A stretch of 63,998 bases of DNA, filler included, from Ionaspis alba (GCA_964255285.1; 6 parts of 6 records of this genome joined end to end with filler, not necessarily neighbours in it), one strand, 5' to 3'; positions 48,674-62,700 are shown, counted from the first letter of the whole stretch. Translations and numbers: made by a program. Notes: generated from the letters alone by a model not told the origin.

Positions 48674-51600
48674 CTTGAATTACTAGGATAAATGAGTGAG
48701 TGGGAAAGAGTGGAGAGGATGAATGGATGAATGAATGCTGGGAGGGATTGAGCTTCTGAAGTGATAGTTGTCACAAAAATTCTCCCCTCGGCGAATATCG
48801 GGACGGTAACTCCGATTGGGTGATCTAACCTAATTCTGTGAGCTTGCTAGGGCATGTGGATTTAGCTTGCACAAAGGATGCCGAGAAATGAGCTTAAGCA
48901 CAAGAAGCTTTTATGCTTCGACCATTTTGGGATTTCCTTCTTCGATAAGTCGACGTCGACCATGGTTTATGTCTTTCCCTTGTATCATCACAGATTGACA
49001 GCGGAAAGACCTTGCTGTCGGAAAGACAAGATCGGATCTCTCAGAGAAAACTGAATCTCTCCGCTGTGGCGCCTTGCAAACGACGATAATACTGAGTTTG
49101 AGACAATAGAAGAGAATATAACATAGGTCATTGAACATCTCTGAGAATTCACAAGTCTTTCGTTTCTGCTTGGGAACTTCTTCCGCACCCTGTTTTTCCA
49201 ATTTGATCTTCAGGACATTACGAGCAATTTCAGGGGAAATTTGTAATGTACCCGAACAATGGCGGTAAGAATAGTACTTCAATATTCAATACTCCTGACC
49301 TACGATATGTTGCCGGCCGTGTACAGCTGATAGTAAAACGAGGGACTTGGATATCCTTGGAGGTATTCAACGACTCATGCTACATACTCTTACATCGGAT
49401 TGATGTAGCGATGACGAGGCAAAGTTNNNNNNNNNNNNNNNNNNNNNNNNNNNNNNNNNNNNNNNNNNNNNNNNNNNNNNNNNNNNNNNNNNNNNNNNNN
49501 NNNNNNNNNNNNNNNNNNNNNNNNNNGACTCATGCTACATACTCTTACATCGGATTGATGTAGCGATGACGAGGCAAAGTTCAGCTACAATACTTAGTCC
49601 TGGCCTCCCGAGCGGTAGTCATATGTTCCCTGCAAGTATTTGCAGGCAAATGGCACAAGATCTGGACCAAATATTGCAGGGGAGATGACATCCGAAGCAG
49701 CAGAAAAAGCTTCGGCTCACTGAGCCGTGAACACGCGTCAGCTTCTACCTGGGTCTAACCAGCCACATGAACTCAGCAGGGTCTAGAGTCTTCAAGTGCC
49801 TTGGTGAGACGGACTTGACATGAGCTAAACAGCTGACGCCATTGCGGCAAGTCTAAACATGATACACGCCACCTTTTCTTGGTAAATTGGCTCTGCTCAA
49901 CGCTCATGTGGTGCAGTCTGAATAAGCACCAGTGATTGGGGTCGGCACCATGCCAACCTTTGTGGAGAACGAACTGGAACACGGTCTCGCCACCTGGCTG
50001 GGCGGTACTTGGCTGCCGACGCTGCTGCTGCTGCTGTCCGTGCGGGGAGAGGAACAGGGAGAATTTCCTGTCGAAGATGTTCAAGGGAATCTTGACAGCA
50101 TCGCTGGTCAGCGAACGGGAAGGGAACCATCACCTGTGGGTTGAGGAGATACATCGTCCGATATGCTTAACCGCGCCTTTGAGGATCGGTATGGTCGAGT
50201 GCCGCATGGGAGGGAACACAAGGGGCCGAACCTATTTTTTGTGGGATCTGCGGGGCTGAAACATCGAAGACGACCGTTGAAGACAAGCGGCACAGACCAG
50301 ACAGACAACTTGGAGTAAACGCCAGGGAGATCTCCGTGCAGGGCATACACGAGGCTCACACGCTGCCATATATGCCGTGGAAATGCATTGGCCAAGGTTC
50401 GGCTCGTCGGTGGGCTGTGCGTGTGAGCGTTACGTGGTGTGTTGAAATCGAAGGTCGGTTGTTTCTGCGACAAAGTTCATCCTTCTCTCGAGGACAGGTT
50501 GACGAATCGTGATGATTCGTGTTTCAGATTCTGCTCTTGCTCATATGACAGTGACACAGGTTACGTACTTCTTTTGATTGGGTTATCTGTGGCGGTACAG
50601 CCGGCGCAGGTCTATGGGTGCGCCAAATATAGCTCTGCCCTATTCCCATGACTTGCATAAACTCTTTTTGCTTCGGGACCCTATGACCGACGAGCCTCAT
50701 GTTTGGATCTTCACGACTGTGGTTTCTTAGTCTCCGTAGCCCTGGCTCGGGCTTGCTTGACCGCACGAGACATTTATTTCATTCGAAATGATGAGCATGC
50801 AAGTGATCTCCGATCAAAAATTTCCCTCCTGTTTGACGCCTGTCGGATATATTCCATAGGTCCAGAAGGTTTTGGTGGAGAACCTGCCTATCTGTCGGCT
50901 CGAAACCTTACTCGAAGTAGACTTAGTTGAGTGGCAAATGCATTGCTGTTATGTGGACTTGACGAAAAGTCCCTCAAAACGACTGAGACAGACTTCTGCG
51001 CATCATTGTTGCAGTGGCGCCGATCTTGTTGTGATGAGCATGCCTGATGTCGTCCTGATCAAAGACGGAGTTGAATGCTGAATTCAGGAAGAATCAATGC
51101 AAGCTCGCAAATTGATTCGGTAGGCGAACGCGCTCTGCAGTATGGGAAAATCTGGAAGTGAAGTAATGTGAGGACGGAGTTAGGCTTGCTTAGATGGATG
51201 GGAATGTGCGTTCGCATTATCTGGCAGGCTGCGTGCCCCATACGGGCGTCATGAACAAATCTTTCTCGGACGATATCCTGCCCGTGCTTGCCCATCATCC
51301 TGAGTTGGCACAACAAATTGAATGGGAAGGAGAATTGATAGGACTCGGTCATTCTAGAGGTGACGGAGGATCTCCTCTGCCGCAGAAAACGACAAGTCTC
51401 TTAGCCCCCAACCAGCGAATGAGAGAGCAACGTTGGATCGATTGGAAGTCCCTGTGGAACACACCAACCTTCGGCCTATCATAGAGCGATGACGCATGGA
51501 ACATTCTTCGTGCCTTCCATGGGATCTTGTTCGCGCGGCTATATCGAAGCTTAGATGATCTCGACTATTAATCCTCGATGTGGTCTAGCGGACTGACGCG

Positions 51601-53668
51601 TTTCGGGCGACTAAACCTGAAATGGCTTTGGACGGTCATGCGCAAAGCGGTCCTTGGAGGCTGTGAGGGAGTGCGCGGCCAAGCGATAGGCAAAGCTGAC
51701 CGAGGCGAATAATGCCGACAGTCAGGAGTGCCAGCTTGTCCGCCTCCACAGGGTGTGTTTCAGGTCTTCTCTTCTCTCTCTCTCTGTTTTCTTGTTACGC
51801 AAGATGATGATGCTGGAGGGAGCAATACCGGGTGGCTGAGCTGGGGTTGAAACGGTCACCCAACCAGCAACGCTGCGGAGTCTCCCTGACCAGAATCAAC
51901 GTTCGGATCCTTCCAGCCTGTTTTTTTCCTCCTTACCGGCGGCCGAGGATCTTAGTGGCCAGAGGACTCTCCTGCATGGAGTCTGAAACTGCGATTGACC
52001 TTCACATCAGGCTCGTTTCAGACTTATTCTCCCAACCCATGATTTTCCTCTCCGGCTTGTTCTGGCCACGCTCAACGGTGACGTTTGCACTCCAACGAAC
52101 CATCAAAGCTTTTTTTTTTCCGGGCGCGAATATCGAGGATGAGGCCTACCTTAGCGAGGCATCGTTCGACTGACCTCGAAACAGAGCCCGATCGAGGGGG
52201 AATAACAGAGTGCAATTTTTTCGTTACTGGATGGAGATTGCATCGGACGCATGTGAACAAATCAGGAAGAATCCGAATCGGGCTTGCACCTTCCATGATT
52301 CCATGATGCCTACCACCACCCCTTCTAGAAGGTCGACCATTCCAGGGGGGAGTTGGTCCAATGAGAGGATGGGATGGGAAAAGCAATTAAAGATTGGATC
52401 AGACTAACACGGGCATGGAGGGCATGGGAGGCATGGCGATCTTGCTCGAGTACCGGATTGACACTGATCCAAAGACGCCCTATCTCAAGCTGGCTCCGAC
52501 CGAATGATCGTTTGCTGACGATGACAGGACAGGGGTCAGGGATGTTGGGGAAAGAAGAGCAGGGATAATGTCAACAGGGATCTGAACATCTCGAGAGTAC
52601 TTGAACTAGCTGGGTTCAGGGTTCCGGGAGTCAAGGCCGGGGTCTGACCCCCTCCACCATGATGCCGTCTAGTAGTATGTACAGTAGATGCTTGTGATGG
52701 TGCTTGTGCTTGCTGTCACCCTGGTTGTGTGCCACTATTGCTCTTGACATCGTGCAGACTAAACACACGCCCAGCCTTATTCCTTATTTTCTCATTCGCC
52801 TATTCGTCTGCTGTTTGCCCTTCGAGTTTATGCTGGTGGTTGATCCACCTCGAACTGCATCCTAGATGACTCGTTGTTACCAGTTACATGCGCGCGACCA
52901 CCCATCTCAGGTCCACTACTAGTCTACTTCTGTACCAGAGAAGCTTCGTACCTGCGACTACTCCTTCGCAGGGTACGAGAAAGACATTCCCACCATGACG
53001 TTTCCTCCTCTCCTCCTCCTCCTTTGTGGCCAGGTAATCTGCATCCACCGAGTCTCTCTCTCTCACACACACACTCACACATTCTACTTCCTTCCATACT
53101 GCTAATACTACACTACCACTAATTACCACCCCTCTCGCTACTACCTCTCGTCTCTTTGCCCACTCTGGTGGTGCTGCCTTTCATATTGTGTAATATCGCT
53201 CGAGCATGATTAGACTCTCGTCGGCGGCTGACAAGTACATACCTGGCCCTTAGCGTTCATGTCTCTGCTGCTCCCCTGCCTCAAGACCACATTTCCCATA
53301 CCGAGACCCCTACCCCGCAAACCCTGGCAGGCCTGACGCCCTGACGTGCCCTAGCTTGGCGAATCTTTGCAGGCCTCGTTGCTCTGCGCGTATATCCATC
53401 CTTGCCCTGTCCAACTAAGCCCTTTGGCCATGCTTTTCTGTATCAACAGTACCTAGCACTGTTTTGGGAGATCGTTGTACTTTCTTGTCAACTCTTCTTC
53501 CTTATAACCTCCTGTCCTCTTCCTCCTCCTCCCTCCTGCTTGGTACCGGACCACAAGAGACCTTCTGGAAGAACTCTATTCTTATTCTTCAAATTGATCC
53601 AACCAGCTCTATTCTTATAACTTTCTCCACACCAAGTCTTCACAATAGCTCCTCTACCCATAGCAAAC

Positions 53669-54941
53669 ATGCTTCTGTATCACAGACCTGTTCCGCCCAA
53701 GATACCTAAACGCCGCTCCAGAGCTGGTGAGACATCACTCTTCTTTTCGTTTCTTTCATCAAGCTTGCCAAAGCCATGTTTGGGAATCATGGGCTGACCG
53801 TCGACGTGTCTTCTTCTTGTCTTGCTTTAGGCTGTGTACATTGGTAAGTTGACATCATATATCACCATACCAACCTCAAGCTGACCTTCATCCAAAGTAA
53901 AGAAAAGAAGAAGAAGTGCAATGAAGAACGGCCACAATGCGATCGGTGCATGGAACGAGGCCTCAAGTGCGAGTACGAACCAGTCAAACCCCGGAAGAGG
54001 AGAAGGACTGTATCCAACCCGGAGCACTTTGGCCTGCGTCCACCGACGACCACTCCGGGCCAGCACCTAGGCTTCCAAAACAGACTGCAAGCCCTGCGGC
54101 AGGACTCCAGTTCCGGATCCTCCATCCTGTCCTCATCTCCCACGCCGCCCTTGCCAGCGATAGCCGAACATTGGGAAGTTCACAGTGCGCATTCGGTCTT
54201 CAGTGATTCTGCATCGAGCTGCGGCAGTGACACCATTCTAGATATGCATTCACCCCTGCCTCCATTCGACCTGGAGAACTACCCCCGGACGTCGGCGGAA
54301 ATGGCCGACATGAAGCAGCAGCAGCCCCTGCATATGGAGCCGCTCGACATGTTCGCCAAGGACATGTACGGACACCACCTCCACCCCACGGCGCACCACC
54401 AGCAGCCGCACCACTCCCACCACGACGTGCAGACGACGGCGGCGGCGACGACGACCCAGGACATGTTCGTGCCGACGTCCGCCTTGTCGCGCAGCAGTTC
54501 CTATCCCGACCCCACGAGTGCCTTCATCTCGCCGACGTCCGGGGGTTCGCCGTACGACTTTGCTGCGGTCCCCGCCTTCAGTGAGTTCACGACGAGAGAT
54601 TCGCGCAGAGGTTTGCTGGATCACTTCTGCAATGTTCTCAGCCATCTGATTGTGTTCAAGGAGGATTCTGGGAATCCATTCCGGCAGCTGGTTTTGCCCC
54701 TGGCTCAGAAGAGCCCGCCCCTCCTCAATGCGATCTACGCTATTTCGAGCGCCCATCTCGAGCATCGTGGTTTACAGGTGGAGGAGAGAGCGCTGGATTT
54801 GCATTCGAAAGCTTTACAGGGCCTGGCGAATTTAATAGCGCATAAGGATGACGGCAATCGGGATGAGGTGTTGGCGGTTATTATTTTGTTGCTTTATTAT
54901 GAGGTGAGTTCCTTCCTTCTCTTATAACCAACCCCAGAATT

Positions 54942-54975
<34 letters not shown>

Positions 54976-55167
54976 CAACATCACAATGCTTACATACTTC
55001 CTTCTCAGATCGTTCGGACAGGTTCTTCAACCGTGCTAAGCAGTCATCTAAGAGGTGCTTTATCCATAATGCGGGAGCGACGAGCACGTCGTGGCCCAAC
55101 AAGCACCTTCTTGGAACGAGTACGCAGCTATCACCACCCCCATCCGACCCCCCAACCCTCACTAACC
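53669..55167 (+). CDS. Zn(II)2Cys6 transcription factor with fungal-specific TF domain, 3' end in gap
   Basis: Exons 53669-53726, 53831-53843 (13 nt), 53898-54903 and one from about 55009. Splicing gives [36 protein letters not shown], followed by NPFRQLVLPLA...LLNAIYAISSAHL. Confidence 0.9.
54942..54974 (+). repeat. (ATC)11 microsatellite in an intron
   Basis: Perfect trinucleotide run inside the intron that starts GTGAGT at 54904. Confidence 0.9.
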
Positions 55168-55267
55168 NNNNNNNNNNNNNNNNNNNNNNNNNNNNNNNNN
55201 NNNNNNNNNNNTTAATTAATTAANNNNNNNNNNNNNNNNNNNNNNNNNNNNNNNNNNNNNNNNNNNN

Positions 55268-55905
55268 CCCCCCTCCTTCGCACCCCCCGTCCCGAATTTC
55301 TTCGCCCGCTCCAGCGCTTTAATCGCATCCCCGCTGCCCTCTGCTGGCTGCCCACCGAAACGGGCGGCGCGCGCTTTGCGCTTTTCGAGCTCCGTGTCGA
55401 GCGTTGTGGGTGTGAGGCCGCGGGTGAAATCTATGGCTGGTTCGGGGGGCGGGGCGGAGGTGGATGTGGGAGCTGAGGTTGGGCTGGCTGTGGACGGTTG
55501 GGTGACGGTTAGGTCGGAGGTTTGCGCTGGGTCGATGGCCGGGGTTTGGTTGGGGACTGCTGTTGGATTTGGGGGCTGGCCTTTTCCTCCTGCTGCTGCT
55601 GCGACTGTGGACGCTGGTGCGGGTGCGGATGCGGGTGCTGATGTTGAGGCGGTGGTGCTGCTGGCGGCAGGGGGGTCTAGAGGCGCGGTTTCATCGTCCC
55701 AGTCGATTTCGTCGTCGACGGCTGTTGCTGTGGAGGACTTTGCGCTGTCGTTAGGTTTGGCGGTAGTGCTGGGTTGGGCTTTTTCTTTGTCGTCTTGGAC
55801 CAGTCGGGCTATCAGGTCGGCTTTCTTGCCGGTGTGAGGGAGGGTGCGTGCGCGTAGGAGGTCTTCGAGTTCGGCATTTTTCTTTTTGCTGTAGTCGATT
55901 GCCAT
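55268..55905 (-). CDS. SAP-domain ribonucleoprotein (Tho1/SARNP/Mlo1-like), 3' end in gap
   Basis: DYSKKKNAELEDLLRARTLPHTGKKADLIARL is a SAP domain; ELEKRKARAARFG and LERAKKFG are Tho1 C-terminal repeats. Confidence 0.88.
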
Positions 55906-56361
55906 TTTTTTTTTGAAAGGGAGTTCTTTGGAGGTGGTTGCGGTCTAGAAGCGATCGTGTGGGGAAGAAGCGGTGGTCAGATTACAGAGTGTCTTCGAGG
56001 ATTTTCCGCGTGGTGATAGATGGCGCAAGGCGAGTCGTCGAGGTGGAGGAGAGGTAGGACTGTTGAGGTGAGGATTTCACGCGTTGACTCGCAGCTCGTG
56101 ACGATAATTTGGCATTCTAGGTCGTTGACGCGCTACCGTGATCTTGATCTTAGGTAGCTTGAGCAGTTAATGACAAGAGAGGTCCGCACGGATAGAAGTA
56201 TTTTTGTTTTGATGAAGCTTTAGATTGTTGAAGCTTTGGTTGCGACTGGAATGTTTCATGCATGACGACATTAACGCTTGTCGTGCTGTAATATGCAGTG
56301 AGGTCCTGCTCCCTTTCATGATAGTGACTGTTTATGCTAACAAAAACGTGGAGAACCATGT

Positions 56362-57153
56362 TCATAAGTGAGCAGCACCACTAATCGGTCCTCCCATTCC
56401 TGCCTGTATCAGTACAGCCCGCCCCAGACCTTTGTCTTCGGAATCAGGGACCAAAAATGTCTGTGATCCTCCAATCCAAGTTCCTAAGAACGTAACGTCT
56501 CGAACAACATTGCCAAGAGGTAGAATTCTCCCCTTATTCTCCCCTCGCGTGGTAGGTACATCTATCTGTGTGGAGTTGTAACGGACCATTTGTACGACGC
56601 CCGAAGCTCCCTCGCTACCGATGACGGGGATACCTCCTCGAACAGCTTCAATCGTTGAATCCCTCCTGGTTCTTTGAACTCCACGTTCTATCAGATCGAC
56701 CAATTCGTTAGCATCGTTTCCCAGCCCATCGACGATGCCGGTGACGATGACCTATCACGTCTGTATCAGCGTACAGGTAGATTATGCAAGTAAAATGATA
56801 GAATTGACCTAAGGTGTAAAGACATTCTTCTTCCTCAAACCTCTCACATAATCCCGTTGTCGGGAGTTGAAAGACGAGTTCCCAAATGTGTCTTTCCAGC
56901 CGAGTCGATCCCAGTAGGTGACATTGTATATCAGAACGAGCAGGTTTGGATCTTTAGTCAAACCGAGTACCTCCTCGCTGGTAGGTGGGCAGGAGGAGCA
57001 TCCTTGGCTCTGGAAGAGCTCGAGTACGTGGAGGGTATCATCTTCAAGAGAACAATACGGAGATGGTTCTTTATTGATTGTCATTGGAGATCAGGAACAT
57101 GAGGTCGATGATTTGGAGTGAGAGGGATGGAGGGGAATTAGAAACTTTCTCAT
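56362..57153 (-). pseudogene. DUF1223 thioredoxin-like protein with in-frame premature stop(s)
   Basis: VLELFQSQGCSSCPP, YNVTYWDRLGWKDTFG and RGENKGRIL..NVVRD motifs. TAG at 56809-56811 replaces the Q of the TPQ motif just before intron 56752-56808. TGA at 57091-57093 lies in frame between ATGs 57153 and 57084. Confidence 0.75.
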
Positions 57154-59772
57154 CAAGGCAACAAGTCGTGATGATTGAGTACTTATTGGTTGCTAGCAAT
57201 TAGTCTGAAGTCTTTCGACATGCTGTTATATGTTCGAATGTGATTTGCATTCATATCGTGGCCTTCTTGATATTTGGAATCAAACATGTATATGTACAAA
57301 TCATAAGCATAGCCACGCAGCCGGATACGACTTCTCTGAGCCACATGGGTATCATAAGTATTCAGCATACGGAGTAAAATAGAGAAGATACAATTTAGAG
57401 AATCTTCAAGCAATCACCATGCAAATGGACTGCTTGAATGGCGCTTCGGTGATGGAAAGAGGATAGTACGTAGCCGATGGTCTCGAATTTCTACCGTGCA
57501 AGACTGATTGAATATCCACAACCGCCGGTGCTAACATAGTCCGTGATCAGATTCCACAACCTCTCTCTGGCATTGTTATGGTCGCGATCATGTGGAAATG
57601 GGCATCACACCATCATCACATCACATGATCGAAATTGTATGCGGGCTCATGTCTCGGCAGCCGCCAATGGGCTCACAGAAGTGCAGAAGATCGCTGTGAC
57701 GGGTTCCCATCTCATGCAGGTCGAACGATCTGTGTGCCACACCAGTAATGCCAGTAGCGGTAGGTGGTACGAAATGCAAATCATGGAGTGAATCTCCACT
57801 TTTCATGTCCGCTTTGACAGGGTCGGATGTCAATCTTCACACCTCCATCCAAGCGATAAGCATTGCGGGAATGAGTGGACCTTGGGTATTTGTGACAGTC
57901 ACAAATTCGTCGGAGCCAGCCGTCTTTTCAACAGGAGCTCGCGCATTTGTCTTGCGGAGCTCAAGCTTAGAGCGTTACATTTCTAAGACAAAATCCCACG
58001 CTCGGATAGCAGGAGGGTGGAGTGATTGGTGATGCTCTCTTGCCGTGCTGACCCACAACGGGCGGAAGAGCGGGCCTACCCTTCAGATTGGACAGTCGCC
58101 GTCGAATCATGCTGCAAAGACCAGAAAGCAAATCTTGTGGGAGACACCTTGCGGATGAATAAGAAAGATCGTCTCTGTTGGCTTGGTACGACCACACGTA
58201 TGTGGCGACCTGAATTTGGCAGCTTCGTCTCGAGCATGAGTCGACGATTTGTGGAAGAGCGAAGAGATATAAAGCTGGCTCTATAATTCTATATTTGTTG
58301 ATGCTAACCTCTAGGGATCTTTACTACTGTTAGGCTGAAAGCCAGTTTTCGTTAGCCTACAAGATCTTGCCTGAGCCTCCATCGTTCAGAGGTGCATTAT
58401 CGGAGCCGTCTCTTAGCTCTGTCCCCGAAGAGGATTAGATCTATGGCGAGCTACGGCGAGGTGCAGCATCTAACACTCTCGACACAGTCCGAAGCGCTCT
58501 CATTCACCGGAAAAGTCCTCGCGGCATATGCAGGTGCCACGCTCCGTCGCGACGCTTGCTCTCCAGCTTCACATGGGTCTCGAGCGAATGACCTAGCGGT
58601 CTCTACGGTTGCACACCACTTGACTCGCTGAGTACTCTGTGACTCTCTCTGCATTCTCGTCCTTGCGGGCAGTCAGGTGCTGCTGGAGTGTATGTCTGGC
58701 TGCGGTGACTCGGAGGAGATGTCTAGTATCCCATCCTGTTCCAAATGAGGAGGTGGCATCGGCTGAGGAAGGATGCCATCCAAGAGTCATTTCGATAGCT
58801 CCCTTCCTCACGGTCAAATCATGCCTCTACCAGAGTATATCGCGACAAAGTCACCACTCTGTGAATAGCATAGCGCAATCAGGACCAGCGATAATACTCG
58901 CACTATTCGACATGAAATGTCCCTTTGATTTTCGTGCAATTCTCACCAGACTGACCAATGATTGGATGCATGATAGATTTACGCGCACACGCCAGAGACA
59001 TGGAACCAACTAAGGTCTCGTTGGTCTGCCCCCCGGTGTCATCGCTACCACAAATGGGAGTCCCGGGAAACCCTCCTCGACATCCCTAACTGTCTCCCCC
59101 ACTATCGCGGGTCTGGGGATCACCAGCCGGGAGACATTCCTAAAATCCCTCGAAATCCCCCCCCCATCTTGCTTTTTCGGACATCGTGCGAACTTCGCAT
59201 CTTGCATATGATCGTGGCCTTCTATTCTTCCATCGTCTTCTTTGCCTCATTCTACTCATATGTATGCGTTGTCAGATCGCCACAACTTCCAACCGTCCAC
59301 TTATGCAGGCCTGCGTCAACCTTGAACGGTGGCCCCGAAACTAAAGCGTGGCGCAGTTGGGCTTCCTAGGCCAGCTACGTACCGACCGAGGGAAAATCAC
59401 CAAGAATACACACACGCACATCTGAAAATAATCGTTGCATTTTCGCAATTTCGCATTTCTAACATTTTAATAATTCCTTCTAATATACTCCTCTCCCTTG
59501 CTATCTTCTTCTCTTTTGTCATCAGTTTCTTGGATTCTTGCGCATGTGCCACGAATTATGAGAATATCAATATCAGCGCTACCACTATTACTGCAGCTTA
59601 GGGCAAGTTGCCCTTTTCCTCCGCCGTTCTCCACCAACAGCTACCCCCGGCTGACCACATGCTGACCTGAGGGTCGCAAAGCAGGTCTGATGTCTATCGA
59701 AGCTCACAATAGATTCCTTGGTACATACTGCCCCATGTTTGAAGGTTCCACAACTATTTTTGAGAGACAAAG

Positions 59773-62700
59773 ATGGCGTCTCGACTGCTCTATGGGGCGA
59801 AGGCACACAAGAGAAGGGATGAGGAGGAGGAGAAGCGAACAGCCGAGCAATCGACCGGCGCAACTTCGAAGAGACTATCTACCATTCCGCGTCCGACGAA
59901 CACCTCCAAGATACCTAGCCATACCACATCCTTGTTCTCTCGAAGCAAATCCAATCTATCGGACGAGAACTCTTCCACCAGAGGTCGAAAGCCACTCGTA
60001 TCACAGGCTAGACCGGTAGAGCATATGTATCGAGAAACGTCTTCTGAGCAGAGAAGCAAGGATTCACCTGCTTCAGGCATATCGCGGAGCTTAGGTCTGG
60101 GACTTAATTTGCGGTCTGAAGTGTCCTCGATACCTACGTCAACCAAATCCGCTCCAGTTCCCAGAAATCGTCTGAGACGAAAACCCTCTTCGATTGATCA
60201 GCGGAGTCGATATGCTCAGTCCGAGTCAAGCAAATCATCCTATGATCCTGTTCCTCCTCCACGAGCGATTGAGACAGCGTCTTCTCCAGGTGGATATGCA
60301 GATCCGTTTCCAGGATCTATACTTGGCATCAGTATACCTGCAGTCTCCAGCTCGACCTCGAAAATGCCTACAGTCAGATCTACGCCTACTGCATACGCCA
60401 CATCGAGCTCAAGGATGGCTCAGTATATGTCGAGCAAACCTCCACCGAATATCTACACTCAAGACCTCCCACCTCCACTACCAACTCCTACCTACGCTGG
60501 CCGCAGCAGTAGTACATCAACTCGATGCTCCGAATCACCAGGCCCTTTCAGCAGAACATCCACACCTACCTCGATTTCGTCTCATTCTCCAGGCATTGTC
60601 CTACCCCCGAAATTTAGCTCTCGGTTGGGACCACAGCTCAGTCCAACTCGAAGTCGTCCACCTGTCACAAGGCGCAAGGTTGGTGGACCACCACAAACTG
60701 CAGACCCAGTCGACAGTCAAGGCTTGACAGCTTTGAGAGAATCGCAGACTTCTTCATCTTCATCTTCCACGGTCAAAGCCCCAGAGTCGAATGCAGTCAC
60801 AGGATCTACCCAGACCTCTACAAGAACCAAATCAGAGCACCCCCAGTCAGCTTTGCTACTCAGATCAACTTCAAGAAGACTACCCAAACTCTCCACTCTT
60901 CCGCGCGACGGGCAACATCAGGACCAGGCGCAGACAGGTTCACGAGACCAAGATGCTTTCACGAGTCGAATGCAACAACCTGTGTCATCTTTGACAAAGA
61001 TACCTACCTCGACTAGTAGTTTAAAATTGCCTCCTCAGCGCCCAAGCCGAGAAGGCACTCCGAGTCTGTTCAGCCAGAGTTCGTCACCTGTTATACAGAG
61101 CAACATGAGTCATCTTGCAACCACAGGACATAAGCGACGGGAGTCTATGGAGAAAGCTGTTCTAGCGTCGCCGTCAAAAGTGGATGGTCCTTCGACAAGC
61201 CGGCAGCCACTTGTTCGATCAGATTCTATAAATTCAAATTCCTCGAAAAAGAAAGTAAGGTTGCCTTCTCCAGGTACGACGGGACGTATCAGTCCACATC
61301 TGTATTCGCAAGACAAGCCCCAGGCACGAGAGACACGACCACTGAAGGCAGAATTACACAATAAATTGTCGAAAAGAGATCCGAGCCCTACTGTTGGTGG
61401 TCCAGCCAAATCGCCGAGCAGATTTGGCCTCTTCTCTAGGAAAGCCAAACCATCTTTGGAAGCTAGCACTGCAGCTCCGAGTGAACGACCTGCGAAGAAA
61501 GGACCAGCGGCTGGAACTGGCCATGAAGGATACGGCAAGTATGCTCGACGTGGGAGAGGTGGTAGTGCGAGTACATCTGCGAGTCGGGGTCGTTCGTCGA
61601 GCACAGATCGAACCTCGATGAGCGGCGGTCGTCCTACTTCCAGCCGGAAGAGCAGCTTTGCTGGTGAATCTAAGCCTCAGCTTGACGACTTCTACAAGGA
61701 AAGACTTGAGCCTGTTGTGATCGGTGGTGGAGGTAAAGTCAAAGAAAATCGGAATAGTGGTGCTAGTCTTTATCGTCTGAGCAGTGCGGAGAGTTCTGTC
61801 AGCATGACCTCAAGCGCTGACTTCAGCCCTCGATATGGCATGATGCCACAGAAGATTCGCCGCCAAGATGATGACTTTGCTACTGGGAAACCAGATGTCA
61901 CTGATACGAGACGAGACTCCAGGACATTACTACCTGCGCCTGAACTTGCAACTCCCAGAAACCACGACAGCTATGTTGAAGTTCAAACACTAGCTCATCG
62001 AAGATCGCTCCATCGATCTCAGCTTTTCAAAGAAGCCGAGCCTCTGAAAATTCCACAACCGATAAATACCCGGACACTGGAACCTTCGCCATCACTGGAT
62101 AGTCGCGAATCCGAGCCGCTCTCGGTGCCTCCGACTGGTAGTACCTTCAACCGTATTGATGATCTCTCGGAAGGCCACGAAGGCAACTGGCTCAAGCCGA
62201 GAAAAGCGCAAGAGAAGATCAAGCAACCTCGCAAATGGAACTTCTTCCAGAGGGCACATCATAGTCCGAAGAAGGCAGTATTCCCGGACTACATGGACGA
62301 AGTAGTTGATTCCCAAGAATCGTTGGCGTCAAGCACAAAACCTCTGGACTTTCGTTCTGTCGCTCATTACGCCATGCTCGATTCATCGGAGCAAGAGGAC
62401 CCAGAGTCCTTGGAAGATCTACTTCGAGTCATCGAAGACGATTTGGATCTCAGGAAACGGAGCAGAACTGCAGCACCTCTAGCTCCGACCTCTGCTACAC
62501 GTGAGAGAGAATACTCGATGCTTTTACCCTCGCCTCCAAAATTTCCAGCAACTTTCACCGAGATTGAGAGGTCTTCATCCCCAAAGGTGTTCTTCAATCA
62601 GCCGTCAGCTCCCCAGGAACCAATACCGACACCTATTGCACCTGAGACGGTGGTCAAATCGAAGGAGCCTCGACTGCAGCAGATTGGCCGTATTCCAAGA

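Noticed and set aside
49372..49581. 55-bp exact direct repeat (49372-49426 and 49527-49581)
   Set aside because: The copies sit directly on either side of an N gap, which indicates an unmerged contig overlap.
49773..50084. GETVFQFVLHKGWHGADPN resembles an ankyrin repeat fragment
   Set aside because: A single, too-short match with no further repeats or gene structure; cannot be supported without a profile search.
56809..56811. Premature TAG as a substrate for sexual-stage A-to-I editing
   Set aside because: Editing would give Trp (UGG), but the conserved residue here is Gln; a nonsense mutation is the simpler explanation.
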